A stretch of DNA of 51,955 nt, taken from Bacteroidales bacterium (GTDB taxonomy: Bacteria > Bacteroidota > Bacteroidia > Bacteroidales > UBA932). Positions 36,575-44,183 of the stretch are shown piece after piece. The stretch lies in contig JAFZAF010000136.1 of the NCBI GenBank assembly GCA_017548335.1, forward strand, positions 1 to 51,955. The letters are read 5' to 3'. Both the position numbers and the translations under genes were made by a program. Position 1 is the stretch's first letter; each line of letters begins with the position of its first letter. The notes below the pieces were generated by a model that was not told the origin of the DNA, searched no databases, and was given only the letters and a program-made list of their open reading frames with translations.

Positions 36575-36841
36575 TTATTCTTCGACGAGGCCCGCTGCAA
36601 GCCATTCGCAGGCGATGTCGCGGGCGGCTGCCGCCGCTTCGTCCAGCCCGACCTCGTATTCGTCGAGCAGAAGAGCGGTAAGATCGTCTACGCCGAATTC
36701 ACGCCCTTCGACCCCGTGCCACAGGAATGCGGCCGAGGAGTTGAGGCTCACGAGCCGCTGGAAATCCACGGTCAGGCCCTCGCCGGTCACGATGTGCTCG
36801 TCGCCGAGCTCCCGCAAGACAAAACCTTCTTTCAGATGCAT
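36575..36841 (-). CDS. PqqD-family protein (RiPP recognition element-like peptide-binding domain)
   Basis: About 88 aa from the ATG at 36841 (the track ORF extends to 36859). The pattern LKEGFVLRELGDEHIV...VSLNSSAAFLWHGV.G.EF.VDDLTALLLDEYEV..DEAAAAARDIACEWLAAGLV matches the PqqD winged-helix family. Confidence 0.75.
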   Translation of the reverse strand: MHLKEGFVLRELGDEHIVTGEGLTVDFQRLVSLNSSAAFLWHGVEGREFGVDDLTALLLDEYEVGLDEAAAAARDIACEWLAAGLVEE

Positions 36842-36845
36842 AGTA

Positions 36846-36881
36846 CAAAGATACGTCATTTCACCGAATTTCCGTATCTTT
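36846..36881. promoter_or_regulatory. back-to-back divergent -7 boxes forming a 9-bp inverted repeat
   Basis: AAAGATACG (36847-36855) and CGTATCTTT (36873-36881). They read TATCTTTG toward the PqqD gene (minus) and TATCTTTA toward the nucleotidyltransferase gene (plus, 20 nt before the ATG at 36901). Confidence 0.45.
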
Positions 36882-36900
36882 ACCCCGAAATCTCCACTTG

Positions 36901-37902
36901 ATGCCGGACCGGACGGACATATTCTTCGCGCTGCTGCGCGCGGGCCTGTGGGAGCAGGACCTGCGCCTGCACTCCGCGCTTGCCGCGGAAGACTGGCAGG
37001 TCATCTTGCAGACTGCCCGGCAGCAGGCGGTGCTGGGGCTGGTCTATCGCGGTATTGCGCATCTTCCTGAAGATCAGATGCCTCCGGCGGATGTGCGGCT
37101 CCGCCTCCTTGCGGAAATCGACCGCATCGAACGCCGGGGCCGGCGGATGGAGGAAGCGCAGCAGGAACTGCTCCGGCGCTTCCGCGACGCCGGCCTGCAT
37201 CCGCTGGTGCAGAAGGGGAGCGAAGCGGGGAAGTATTACCCCCAGCCGCTGCTGCGCGAGTGCGGCGACATCGACCTATATTTCGCGGGTAAGGAATTCG
37301 ACCAGGCGAAGGCGCTGCCGCCCGGCGTACGCACGGCCCCGGACGGCGCGGGCGTCTTTACCTTCCGGGACGTGACCGTGGAGCTGCACTCCCGCTACTT
37401 CGACCTGCATCTGCCGGATGCGAAACTCCCTGAAGTTCCTTCCGTCTTTGCCGAACTGCTGTTGCTCTCCGCCCACATCCTCAAGCACGCCATCGGAGCC
37501 GGGGTGGGCTGCAAGCAGCTCTGCGATATGGCCGTCGCGCTGGACCGCACGGATGGGCAGTATGACAAGGAGCTGCTGGAAAAGTATTTGAAGGCCGCCG
37601 GGCTGCTCTGCTGGCACCGCGTACTCTGCTCGCTGCTTGTCTCCGATTTCGGGCTCGATCCCGCCCGCTGCCTGCCGGATTTCAAGCCCTGCAACCCCGC
37701 CCCGCTGCGCCGCATCGTGCTGTCTGGCGGTGCATTCGGGCTTTTCGACCCGACGCGCGAAAAGGCCGTCCGTTCCGGCAAGGTGGCCCGGAAACTGCAG
37801 GCGGCCGCATCATTCCTGAAACGCCTGCCGTTCTCGCTGCGCGTGGCGCCGCGGGAAACCTTCGCCACCATCGGCGAACTCATTAAAGGGAATCTGTCCT
37901 AG
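36901..37902 (+). CDS. uncharacterised nucleotidyltransferase family protein (NTP_transf_5-like, Pol-beta fold)
   Basis: 333 aa from the ATG at 36901 (the track starts at a TTG at 36898). NTase signature KGSEAG...ECGDIDLYF (hG[GS]...DxD). N-terminal FFALLRAGLW helical region typical of this family. The only plus-strand gene inside the capsule region. Confidence 0.75.
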   Translation: MPDRTDIFFALLRAGLWEQDLRLHSALAAEDWQVILQTARQQAVLGLVYRGIAHLPEDQMPPADVRLRLLAEIDRIERRGRRMEEAQQELLRRFRDAGLHPLVQKGSEAGKYYPQPLLRECGDIDLYFAGKEFDQAKALPPGVRTAPDGAGVFTFRDVTVELHSRYFDLHLPDAKLPEVPSVFAELLLLSAHILKHAIGAGVGCKQLCDMAVALDRTDGQYDKELLEKYLKAAGLLCWHRVLCSLLVSDFGLDPARCLPDFKPCNPAPLRRIVLSGGAFGLFDPTREKAVRSGKVARKLQAAASFLKRLPFSLRVAPRETFATIGELIKGNLS

Positions 37903-39215
37903 AACTTCCTGCCACCCACGATGCGCAGGAAGGTAAGCGCGAGCAGGCGTGCGTCGAACCAGATGGAGTGGTTCCTCAGATAATAAAGGTCCAGTTCGAG
38001 CCGCGTCAGCATCTTGTCCAACGTGTCGGTGTAGCCGTTGTACAGCGTGGCGTAGCTGGTCACACCCGGGCGAATCTGGAACAGGTAGCGGTAGCGCGGG
38101 TTCACCGCCATAATCTGGTCGATGTAGAACTGCCGCTCGGGGCGGTAGCCGATGAAGGACATATCGCCGCGGAAGACGTTCCACAGCTGCGGAAGCTCGT
38201 CCAGGTGGTGCTGGCGCAGGAATTTGCCCACCTTGGTCAGGCGCGGATCATCGTCACCGGCATAAAGAGCCGGGGCGCCGGAAGCTTCGGCGTCGATACG
38301 CATCGAACGGAATTTCAAGATGTTGAAGGGCTTGCCACCGCGCCCCATCCGCTCCTGCGAGTAGATGGCCGGGCCGCCGTCTTCCCGCTTCACGGCCAGG
38401 GCGCAGATAAGCGCCAGCGGCGAAAAGACGATGAGCAGCAGGCCGGAGAGCACGATGTCGAAACTGCGCTTCACGGCGTGTCCTGCCAGAGACATCGCGT
38501 CGTTGTTGGGGATGTCCGAGCCGACACCGCCCGTTCCGGCTTCGCGGTCGCCGTCTTCTCCCTTGGGGAACAGGATGCAGTCCACCCCGCCCAGGCGCCA
38601 TTGCAGGGCGTTGATTTCTTCGGGCGTGGCCGCGGCATAGACGATGCGGTTGCCGATGACCTTGCCTGCGTCGGCGGGATCTCCGGAGATGTAGCCCAGC
38701 ACGGAATAGCGGCCGGACGCCTCCGACTCGTCCGCCAGGGTCACGGATTCCCTCCCGATGCCGGCCACCAGGGCGCTGGCGCGGCCCGTCGCGGCGTGGA
38801 TCTCGCGCTCCTCCCGCCAGAGGCTGCGCACCAGGAGACGGGGCGCGAACAGGGCCACGGTGGTAAAGACCAGGTCGCTCAGCAGGGCCACGACGGCCAG
38901 GGTGCTGGAGGGCAATTTCAACAGGCCCACGAACACGAGGACGAGCATTCCGGCTTCCTTGATCAGGATTGCACGACCAAGGCGGCGGTAGCCTCGCAGG
39001 GAAGCGTACCGGGTGACGACCCGTGTGCTTCCCGTAAAGAGCAGCCCCAGCAGGGTGAGCAACGCACCGCAGCCGGTCCACCAGGCCACGACGACGATGA
39101 ACCCGAAGAACGGCTCGGACACGGCGCGCATCATCAGGATAGCCGCCAGCGACGCCATAGCCGACAGCAGGGTATCTACTGTCAGGCGTCGGCGGAGTGC
39201 GCGTTTCTCGTTCAT
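37899..39215 (-). CDS. undecaprenyl-phosphate sugar phosphotransferase (initiating transferase, WbaP/WcaJ-like)
   Basis: 438-aa ORF with N-terminal TM segments. C-terminal Bac_transf domain (KRSFDIVLSGLLLIVFSPL...PFNILKFRSM...DPRLTKVGKFLRQHHLDELPQLWNVFRGDMSFIGYRPE). Confidence 0.92.
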   Translation of the reverse strand: MNEKRALRRRLTVDTLLSAMASLAAILMMRAVSEPFFGFIVVVAWWTGCGALLTLLGLLFTGSTRVVTRYASLRGYRRLGRAILIKEAGMLVLVFVGLLKLPSSTLAVVALLSDLVFTTVALFAPRLLVRSLWREEREIHAATGRASALVAGIGRESVTLADESEASGRYSVLGYISGDPADAGKVIGNRIVYAAATPEEINALQWRLGGVDCILFPKGEDGDREAGTGGVGSDIPNNDAMSLAGHAVKRSFDIVLSGLLLIVFSPLALICALAVKREDGGPAIYSQERMGRGGKPFNILKFRSMRIDAEASGAPALYAGDDDPRLTKVGKFLRQHHLDELPQLWNVFRGDMSFIGYRPERQFYIDQIMAVNPRYRYLFQIRPGVTSYATLYNGYTDTLDKMLTRLELDLYYLRNHSIWFDARLLALTFLRIVGGRKF

Positions 39216-39234
39216 ACGTTTTTAAAAAGACTCA

Positions 39235-39242
39235 CAAAGATA
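39235..39242 (-). promoter_or_regulatory. candidate -7 box (TATCTTTG) for the initiating transferase gene
   Basis: Plus-strand CAAAGATA, 20 nt upstream of the ATG at 39215. The palindrome TATTCTT-GA-AAGAATA (39246-39261) lies in the predicted spacer. Confidence 0.45.
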
Positions 39243-39471
39243 TACTATTCTTGAAAGAATAACAACTTCTACCCCCTTCTACCCCGCAGTGCCGGAGCTG
39301 GGCTTCCCTTTAAAAATAAATATGTTCGCGCGCGATAAAAGCCAATTCTCGAAGTGCGGGAGAACACAATGCATTGATATACAAACAGATAATACCCCCC
39401 CCCTGAAATGGATAAACTGAGCCGTGGTGGAAAAAAGATAAAAATATACTTGCATATTCAGATATTCGTGG

Positions 39472-39479
39472 TAAATTTG
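39472..39479 (+). promoter_or_regulatory. candidate -7 box (TAAATTTG) for the UpxY-like operon
   Basis: TAnnTTTG match 70 nt upstream of the ATG at 39549, with a TTG-containing element about 20 nt further upstream. Implies a 5' leader of about 60 nt. Confidence 0.45.
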
Positions 39480-39548
39480 CAACTTGTAGTATTGTGGATA
39501 GCAGAAAAACGGCACAACACAGCGCAATAATAAATAACAGCAAAGGGA

Positions 39549-40082
39549 ATGTCTTCCACTCAGTCGAATAGGCCTGTTTCCGAGGTCCGCTGGTTCGCGG
39601 CGCGCACGCGCTGCGGATCGGAGTTGTCCGTTGCCGGACGGCTGGAGAAACTGGGTGTGGAGAGTTTCCTTCCCACGGTAAAACTCACTCGTACGCGCGG
39701 GCACGTCCCTTATGAACGCGCGTTGATTCCGAGTCTGGTGTTCCTGCGGACTACCAAGGAGCGGGCTTGTGAACTCGCCAACCGCGAGGCCGTGCCGGTG
39801 AAATACCTGATCGACCCTGCCACCCGTACCCTGATGGTTGTCCCGGACAAGCAGATGGACGACTTCCGCCGTGTGCTGGACCTCTCGACCGACGAAGGCG
39901 GCCTGATCGACCGCCCTCTGGCGTTGGGAGACCGCGTCCGCGTGGTGAAGGGCGTGCTGGCCGGCGTGGAAGGCTATGTGCTGGAGTTCAAGGGCCGCAC
40001 CTATGTGGTGGTGCGCCTGCTGGACAGCTGGTTCGCCAAGGCCAGCGTACCCCGGGCCTGGTTGGAGCCGATAGACAAATAG
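39549..40082 (+). CDS. UpxY-family transcription antiterminator (specialised NusG paralog)
   Basis: 177-aa ORF. NGN-like N-terminus (VRWFAARTRCGSELSVAGRLEKLGVESFLPT) and a KOW motif (GDRVRVVKGVLAGVEGYVLEF). Size and pattern match the Bacteroidales UpxY/NusG-like family. Confidence 0.85.
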   Translation: MSSTQSNRPVSEVRWFAARTRCGSELSVAGRLEKLGVESFLPTVKLTRTRGHVPYERALIPSLVFLRTTKERACELANREAVPVKYLIDPATRTLMVVPDKQMDDFRRVLDLSTDEGGLIDRPLALGDRVRVVKGVLAGVEGYVLEFKGRTYVVVRLLDSWFAKASVPRAWLEPIDK

Positions 40083-40103
40083 AAGACGAAACGAAATAAA
40101 TTT

Positions 40104-40286
40104 ATGCATAAAATGAAAAAGAAAAAACAATTCGTAAGGCCGGCCGTCCTGCAGGATCTTTCCCTCCTGCCGGAGACGCCGATCCTTGCCGGTTCGGTCG
40201 TGGACAATGCGACTATTGTCTCCACCGGCCAGGAAGTCGAGAACTACGACTTTTCTGGAGAGGATTTTAATCACAATTGGGAATAG
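40104..40286 (+). CDS. hypothetical small protein (mini-ORF 1, ETPIL motif)
   Basis: 60-aa ORF (MHKMKKKKQFVRPAVLQDLSLLPETPILAGS...). Starts 21 nt after upxY-like and ends 12 nt before the next lipoprotein gene. Shares a motif with an unlisted ORF at 46177-46317. Confidence 0.5.
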   Translation: MHKMKKKKQFVRPAVLQDLSLLPETPILAGSVVDNATIVSTGQEVENYDFSGEDFNHNWE

Positions 40287-40298
40287 GAGGACCAGGCA

Positions 40299-41831
40299 AT
40301 GCTTATGAAAGGAAAATCCATACTCCTCCTGCTCGCAGCAGGGACCCTCTTCCTGGCGGGATGCCAGAAGACGGGTTTGACCGACGGCACCGGCAGCAAT
40401 GGCTCCATCCGTTTCTCCGCCACCGCCAGTTCCGTAGGCACCAAGACCGCCTATGGCGACTACGACAACGAAACGAATCCCACGTGGCAGGTCGTCAACT
40501 GGGTTACGGGCGACAAACTCCGTATCTACAGCGACAAGGCCGTTCACCGCTACGCGAATATCAATTATGCCGATTATGAGATTGTCGGTGAGCCGACCGT
40601 CTCCGGTCACGAGAGCAAGGCCACGATCGAAGGAACCTCCCTGGACAACGAAACCGTTCCCGGAGGCCTCGACAACGGCGCGGATATGCGCAACGGCCTG
40701 ATCTGGGGCGACGAGCCGGATACGTACACCTTCTACGGTATCTATCCGTCCACCGACTGTGCATCCGGCACTTCCGGTACGCTGAACGGATCGATCGCTG
40801 CCGACCAGGGCACCGGCGACCTCGAGGTGAATATGCCGAAGTACGGTTTCCTGACCGCCGCGCAGCAGATCACCCTGAAGGCCACCGATTTCGACAGCAA
40901 CAACGCCGTGACTCCTCTGAAGGACGGCGGCCCCAACGTCGAAATGCGCTTCGAGCCCGCCTTCACCGCCATCGAGGTGACGCTGAAGAGCACCCAGGCC
41001 AACACGGTCCTTACGGGCGCGTCCCTGGTGTCCTCCTCTACGGCCCTTGCCGGTGACTTCACGGTCGCATACACCGCGGGCACGAGCGGCTTTACGAAAG
41101 CCATTGACTGCAAGTCCGCTACCGGGAAGTCGGTCTCCATCTCCGGCCTCACCGCCACCATCGGCCCGGATGCGCCCTACACCTTCACGCTCTTCGCCTT
41201 GCCGCAGGACCTGAAGGACCTGGAGCTTGTGTTTGATATCCAGAATGCACAGTCCCGTCATCTTGCCCTGAAGAAGAACAATCAGTACCTTACCTTTGCC
41301 GCCTGCAAGAAGCATCGTATCTATGGGCTGCAGATGCCCGACGGCACCTGGACCCTTTACCTTCAGTCCGAGGTGGCGGAGTGGGAAGACAATGCCAAGA
41401 ACCCGAAATACGGTGAGGCGGACGACGAAGGCGCCATCATCAGCGCCGGCGCCCTGGAGTTCGTCTCCGGATTCTCCGGTTCCCCGAGTCGTACCTCCGC
41501 TACGCTGGAGTCGGCCTCGTCTCCGCTGGTCGCTTACTACTCCGTGTATTCTCCTACCAACGGTACGTGGAGGATTACGATGAAGGGAGAGAAAGCTTCT
41601 TCCTTCACGCTGGCATCGCCCAATGTCGAAGGCGCTTCCGCGTCCGGTGATGGTAAGTACATCGAGGGCCCGGTGGACCAGCGCGTGTTCTTCCAGGTGT
41701 CTGCCAACGACGGCGCCGCCTCCGGCGACAGCGTCGAACTCTGGTTCACGGTCCTCGTCGGGGACAAGGAATACAGCCTCCATTCCGAGGTCACCCGCAG
41801 CCAGCTGCCTCTTACCGTCAAGATGCCTTAA
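40299..41831 (+). CDS. fimbrillin-like (Mfa-like) surface lipoprotein
   Basis: 510-aa ORF with a lipoprotein signal (LFLAGC). The N-terminal pattern IRFSATASSVGTKTAYG...W..GDKLRIYS resembles Bacteroidales fimbrillin-family proteins. Motif-level call only. Confidence 0.6.
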   Translation: MLMKGKSILLLLAAGTLFLAGCQKTGLTDGTGSNGSIRFSATASSVGTKTAYGDYDNETNPTWQVVNWVTGDKLRIYSDKAVHRYANINYADYEIVGEPTVSGHESKATIEGTSLDNETVPGGLDNGADMRNGLIWGDEPDTYTFYGIYPSTDCASGTSGTLNGSIAADQGTGDLEVNMPKYGFLTAAQQITLKATDFDSNNAVTPLKDGGPNVEMRFEPAFTAIEVTLKSTQANTVLTGASLVSSSTALAGDFTVAYTAGTSGFTKAIDCKSATGKSVSISGLTATIGPDAPYTFTLFALPQDLKDLELVFDIQNAQSRHLALKKNNQYLTFAACKKHRIYGLQMPDGTWTLYLQSEVAEWEDNAKNPKYGEADDEGAIISAGALEFVSGFSGSPSRTSATLESASSPLVAYYSVYSPTNGTWRITMKGEKASSFTLASPNVEGASASGDGKYIEGPVDQRVFFQVSANDGAASGDSVELWFTVLVGDKEYSLHSEVTRSQLPLTVKMP

Positions 41832-41843
41832 TTGGAAAGGAAT

Positions 41844-44168
41844 ATGAAAAAGATTATCGCATATATCTTCGCAGGAGCCGTCCTTATGCTTGCGGCGTCC
41901 TGCACTTGGGAGCCCGTCGACCCGAACGCCGAAGGCAATGAATTCGCCCTGCAGGTCTACTGCTCGGAACTTACGAAGGCGGGTACTACGCCGGGCGAGG
42001 GCAACGAGAACAAGGTTGTCTCCCTGGACTACTTCTTCTTTGCCAACGCTGAGTCCGGCGCCGCCGTGTTCCACTATCGGGACGCCGCCCCTTCCGCCAC
42101 TTCCGGAAAGTACCAGGGAATCTTCACGCCTGGTAACACCTATGGTGGAAACGAGTTCCCGACCCGCGAGGTCCTTTACGGCTCCAACGATTTCACGACG
42201 GTGTTCGTCGTCGCAAACCTGCGTTCGGTTCCGACGACTCTTCCTACATTGGAGGATCTCAAGGCCATCGCAATTGATCAGTCCTTTATGTCTGACGGTG
42301 CAGCCCTCGCTACCGACAGCGCCGATATGGAGTTCGTGATGACGGCCGAAGCCGAGGTCCGGGGCAATGTGTCCGGAGTCTTCACGACCCTCGGCCTCGA
42401 GCGCCTGGCGGCCAAGATGGTTTTCAACGTCAAGGTTGCCAAGGAGGTGTCCCTTTCGGGCACGCTGGACGGCGACGGAGGCACTTATACGGAGACGTGG
42501 ACGCCGATGCTGAACGGCAACAACGTCCGCGTTTATCTGCAGCAGGCCGTCACCAATACCGTGCTGGGTGTCGCCGACGGCGAGCACTACCCTGCTTCGA
42601 TAACCCAGACTGACTACAATCCAATCGTGCCCGCCAGTTGGAGTGACAACGAGACGACGGTAGGACCGTTCTATTCCTTCGCCACATCCTGGGACGACAA
42701 CCTCGCCCAGGCTCCTTTCGGAAAGATCATCGTTCCCTGGAAGGTCGTCCGCAAGGACGCCAACGGCAACGTGTTCTACTCCGCCCAGCGCGAGGTCTAT
42801 TACAAAGTAATGCTGCCTGACACTGAGATTCTGGCCAACAACTTCTACCAGTTCACCGTGGACATTACGGTGGTGGGTACCGAGACGGATCCCGAGGTGA
42901 CCATCGACGCCACCTATCAGGTGGCCGACTGGACCACCGGCGGCGCCGGCAAGGTGAACACCCAGATCAGCGACATCAAGTACCTGACCGTGGACCGCAA
43001 GCAGGAGAACGCCAACGGCATCATCGATGTCTATGTTCAGGGCGCGCAGGTGCAGTATTCCGCATCGGAAACGGCGGTGATTGACTGGGATGTTTCCAGC
43101 ATCTATTACCTGGATTATATTACCACTGGGTTGACGGACCATAAGCGTTATATCATCCAGAATGGTACGCTCAATACGAATAATGGAAAGAATATCACCA
43201 GTTTGGATGCAGCGAAGGCCTGGGTTGATCTGACTGAAGTCGAGAATCCTAATTCCGAGATTCCGGACACCTATATCACGTTGAACCACGCCTTGATCAA
43301 CGACCTGACCAACACCTATTTCGATGCCTCCCCGTATTTCTATGAAATAACCGTTAGGTTGTCCACGGGAGGTGCCGACCCCAAGACCGTCATCTTCAAG
43401 CAGTATCCGCAGAGCTACATCGAGGAGATGCCGAATACGGGGAACGATATGCATCAGGTCGGTTCTGGCTGGAGTGCTCAGAATGTTGATTTTGGCTATG
43501 TTTATGTGAATGGCGGTCACAATGGTTCGAATAACTATGGTGGTGTCCACGGGTTGACAGGCCAAAACACCAACCCTAATATGTATGTCATTACGACGTC
43601 GGTTTTGAGCGATTCTCAAAAGACGATAGGCGACCCCCGTATCGCAAAGGGGCAGTATGACTTGATTGATAATACCCAATTCAACAGCGCCCCGGTTGTA
43701 TCTGGTGGTTCCAATCGACGTTTGACATACTATAAGCGAGCCGAAACCAGTGACAGGAGCCGTTATATGATTGCTCCGGCGTTCCGAGTAGCGTCATCTT
43801 ATGGTGTTACCAATTCTCTTTCCTATGCCAATGGCAGCCGCCGTTGTGCTTCTTATCAGGAGGATGGTTATCCGGCCGGACGCTGGCGCCTGCCGACGGC
43901 TGCGGAAATCGAGTATTGTGTGACATTGTCAGCCAAGGGCAGGTTGCCTGTTTTGTTTGGCGATAGTAATAGCCAGACCGCATCAACTGATTATTGGAGT
44001 GCAAATGGTTATATTACGGTCGTAGGGAGCAGCGTGACTCCTCATATTGGAACTTTCACCGGGGATAATAGATATGTCCGTTGCGTGTACGACGAGTGGT
44101 ATTGGGGACCCGACCGTGTGACGGCCGCACAGCACGCCTTTATGTGGGGAGATGAACAGGATCAATAA
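41844..44168 (+). CDS. fimbrial/adhesin-like lipoprotein with a C-terminal DUF1566/Fib_succ_major-like domain
   Basis: Start trimmed to the ATG at 41844 (MKKIIAYIFAGAVLMLAASC). FimA-like N-terminal pattern (NENKVVSLDYFFFA). The C-terminus (CASYQEDGYPAGRWRLPTAAEIEY...DYWSANG...RYVRCVYD) matches the WRLPT / YWS / VRCV pattern. Confidence 0.6.
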   Translation: MKKIIAYIFAGAVLMLAASCTWEPVDPNAEGNEFALQVYCSELTKAGTTPGEGNENKVVSLDYFFFANAESGAAVFHYRDAAPSATSGKYQGIFTPGNTYGGNEFPTREVLYGSNDFTTVFVVANLRSVPTTLPTLEDLKAIAIDQSFMSDGAALATDSADMEFVMTAEAEVRGNVSGVFTTLGLERLAAKMVFNVKVAKEVSLSGTLDGDGGTYTETWTPMLNGNNVRVYLQQAVTNTVLGVADGEHYPASITQTDYNPIVPASWSDNETTVGPFYSFATSWDDNLAQAPFGKIIVPWKVVRKDANGNVFYSAQREVYYKVMLPDTEILANNFYQFTVDITVVGTETDPEVTIDATYQVADWTTGGAGKVNTQISDIKYLTVDRKQENANGIIDVYVQGAQVQYSASETAVIDWDVSSIYYLDYITTGLTDHKRYIIQNGTLNTNNGKNITSLDAAKAWVDLTEVENPNSEIPDTYITLNHALINDLTNTYFDASPYFYEITVRLSTGGADPKTVIFKQYPQSYIEEMPNTGNDMHQVGSGWSAQNVDFGYVYVNGGHNGSNNYGGVHGLTGQNTNPNMYVITTSVLSDSQKTIGDPRIAKGQYDLIDNTQFNSAPVVSGGSNRRLTYYKRAETSDRSRYMIAPAFRVASSYGVTNSLSYANGSRRCASYQEDGYPAGRWRLPTAAEIEYCVTLSAKGRLPVLFGDSNSQTASTDYWSANGYITVVGSSVTPHIGTFTGDNRYVRCVYDEWYWGPDRVTAAQHAFMWGDEQDQ

Positions 44169-44183
44169 TTATAGAGGACAATT

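Noticed and set aside
36346-36600. Small ORFs downstream of the PqqD gene as candidate RiPP precursor peptides (84-aa track ORF; a 13-codon ATG ORF near 36500)
   Set aside because: The 84-aa ORF overlaps the OMP gene start and the PqqD gene end and has no leader/core-like features. The 13-codon ORF has nothing to support it. Neither is supportable from sequence alone.
39216-39548. Invertible (Mpi-type) capsule promoter as in Bacteroides fragilis
   Set aside because: I found no pair of long inverted repeats bracketing a promoter segment, only a 16-bp palindrome and a C9 tract. No recombinase gene is nearby.
39279-43679. 1466-aa ORF on the minus strand, the longest ORF in the window
   Set aside because: It lies antisense to the UpxY-like gene, the mini-ORF and two lipoprotein genes, all of which have clear family motifs and signal peptides. 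Its product is low-complexity (R/G/V/D-rich) with no recognisable domain. Long antisense ORFs are expected in GC-rich coding DNA.
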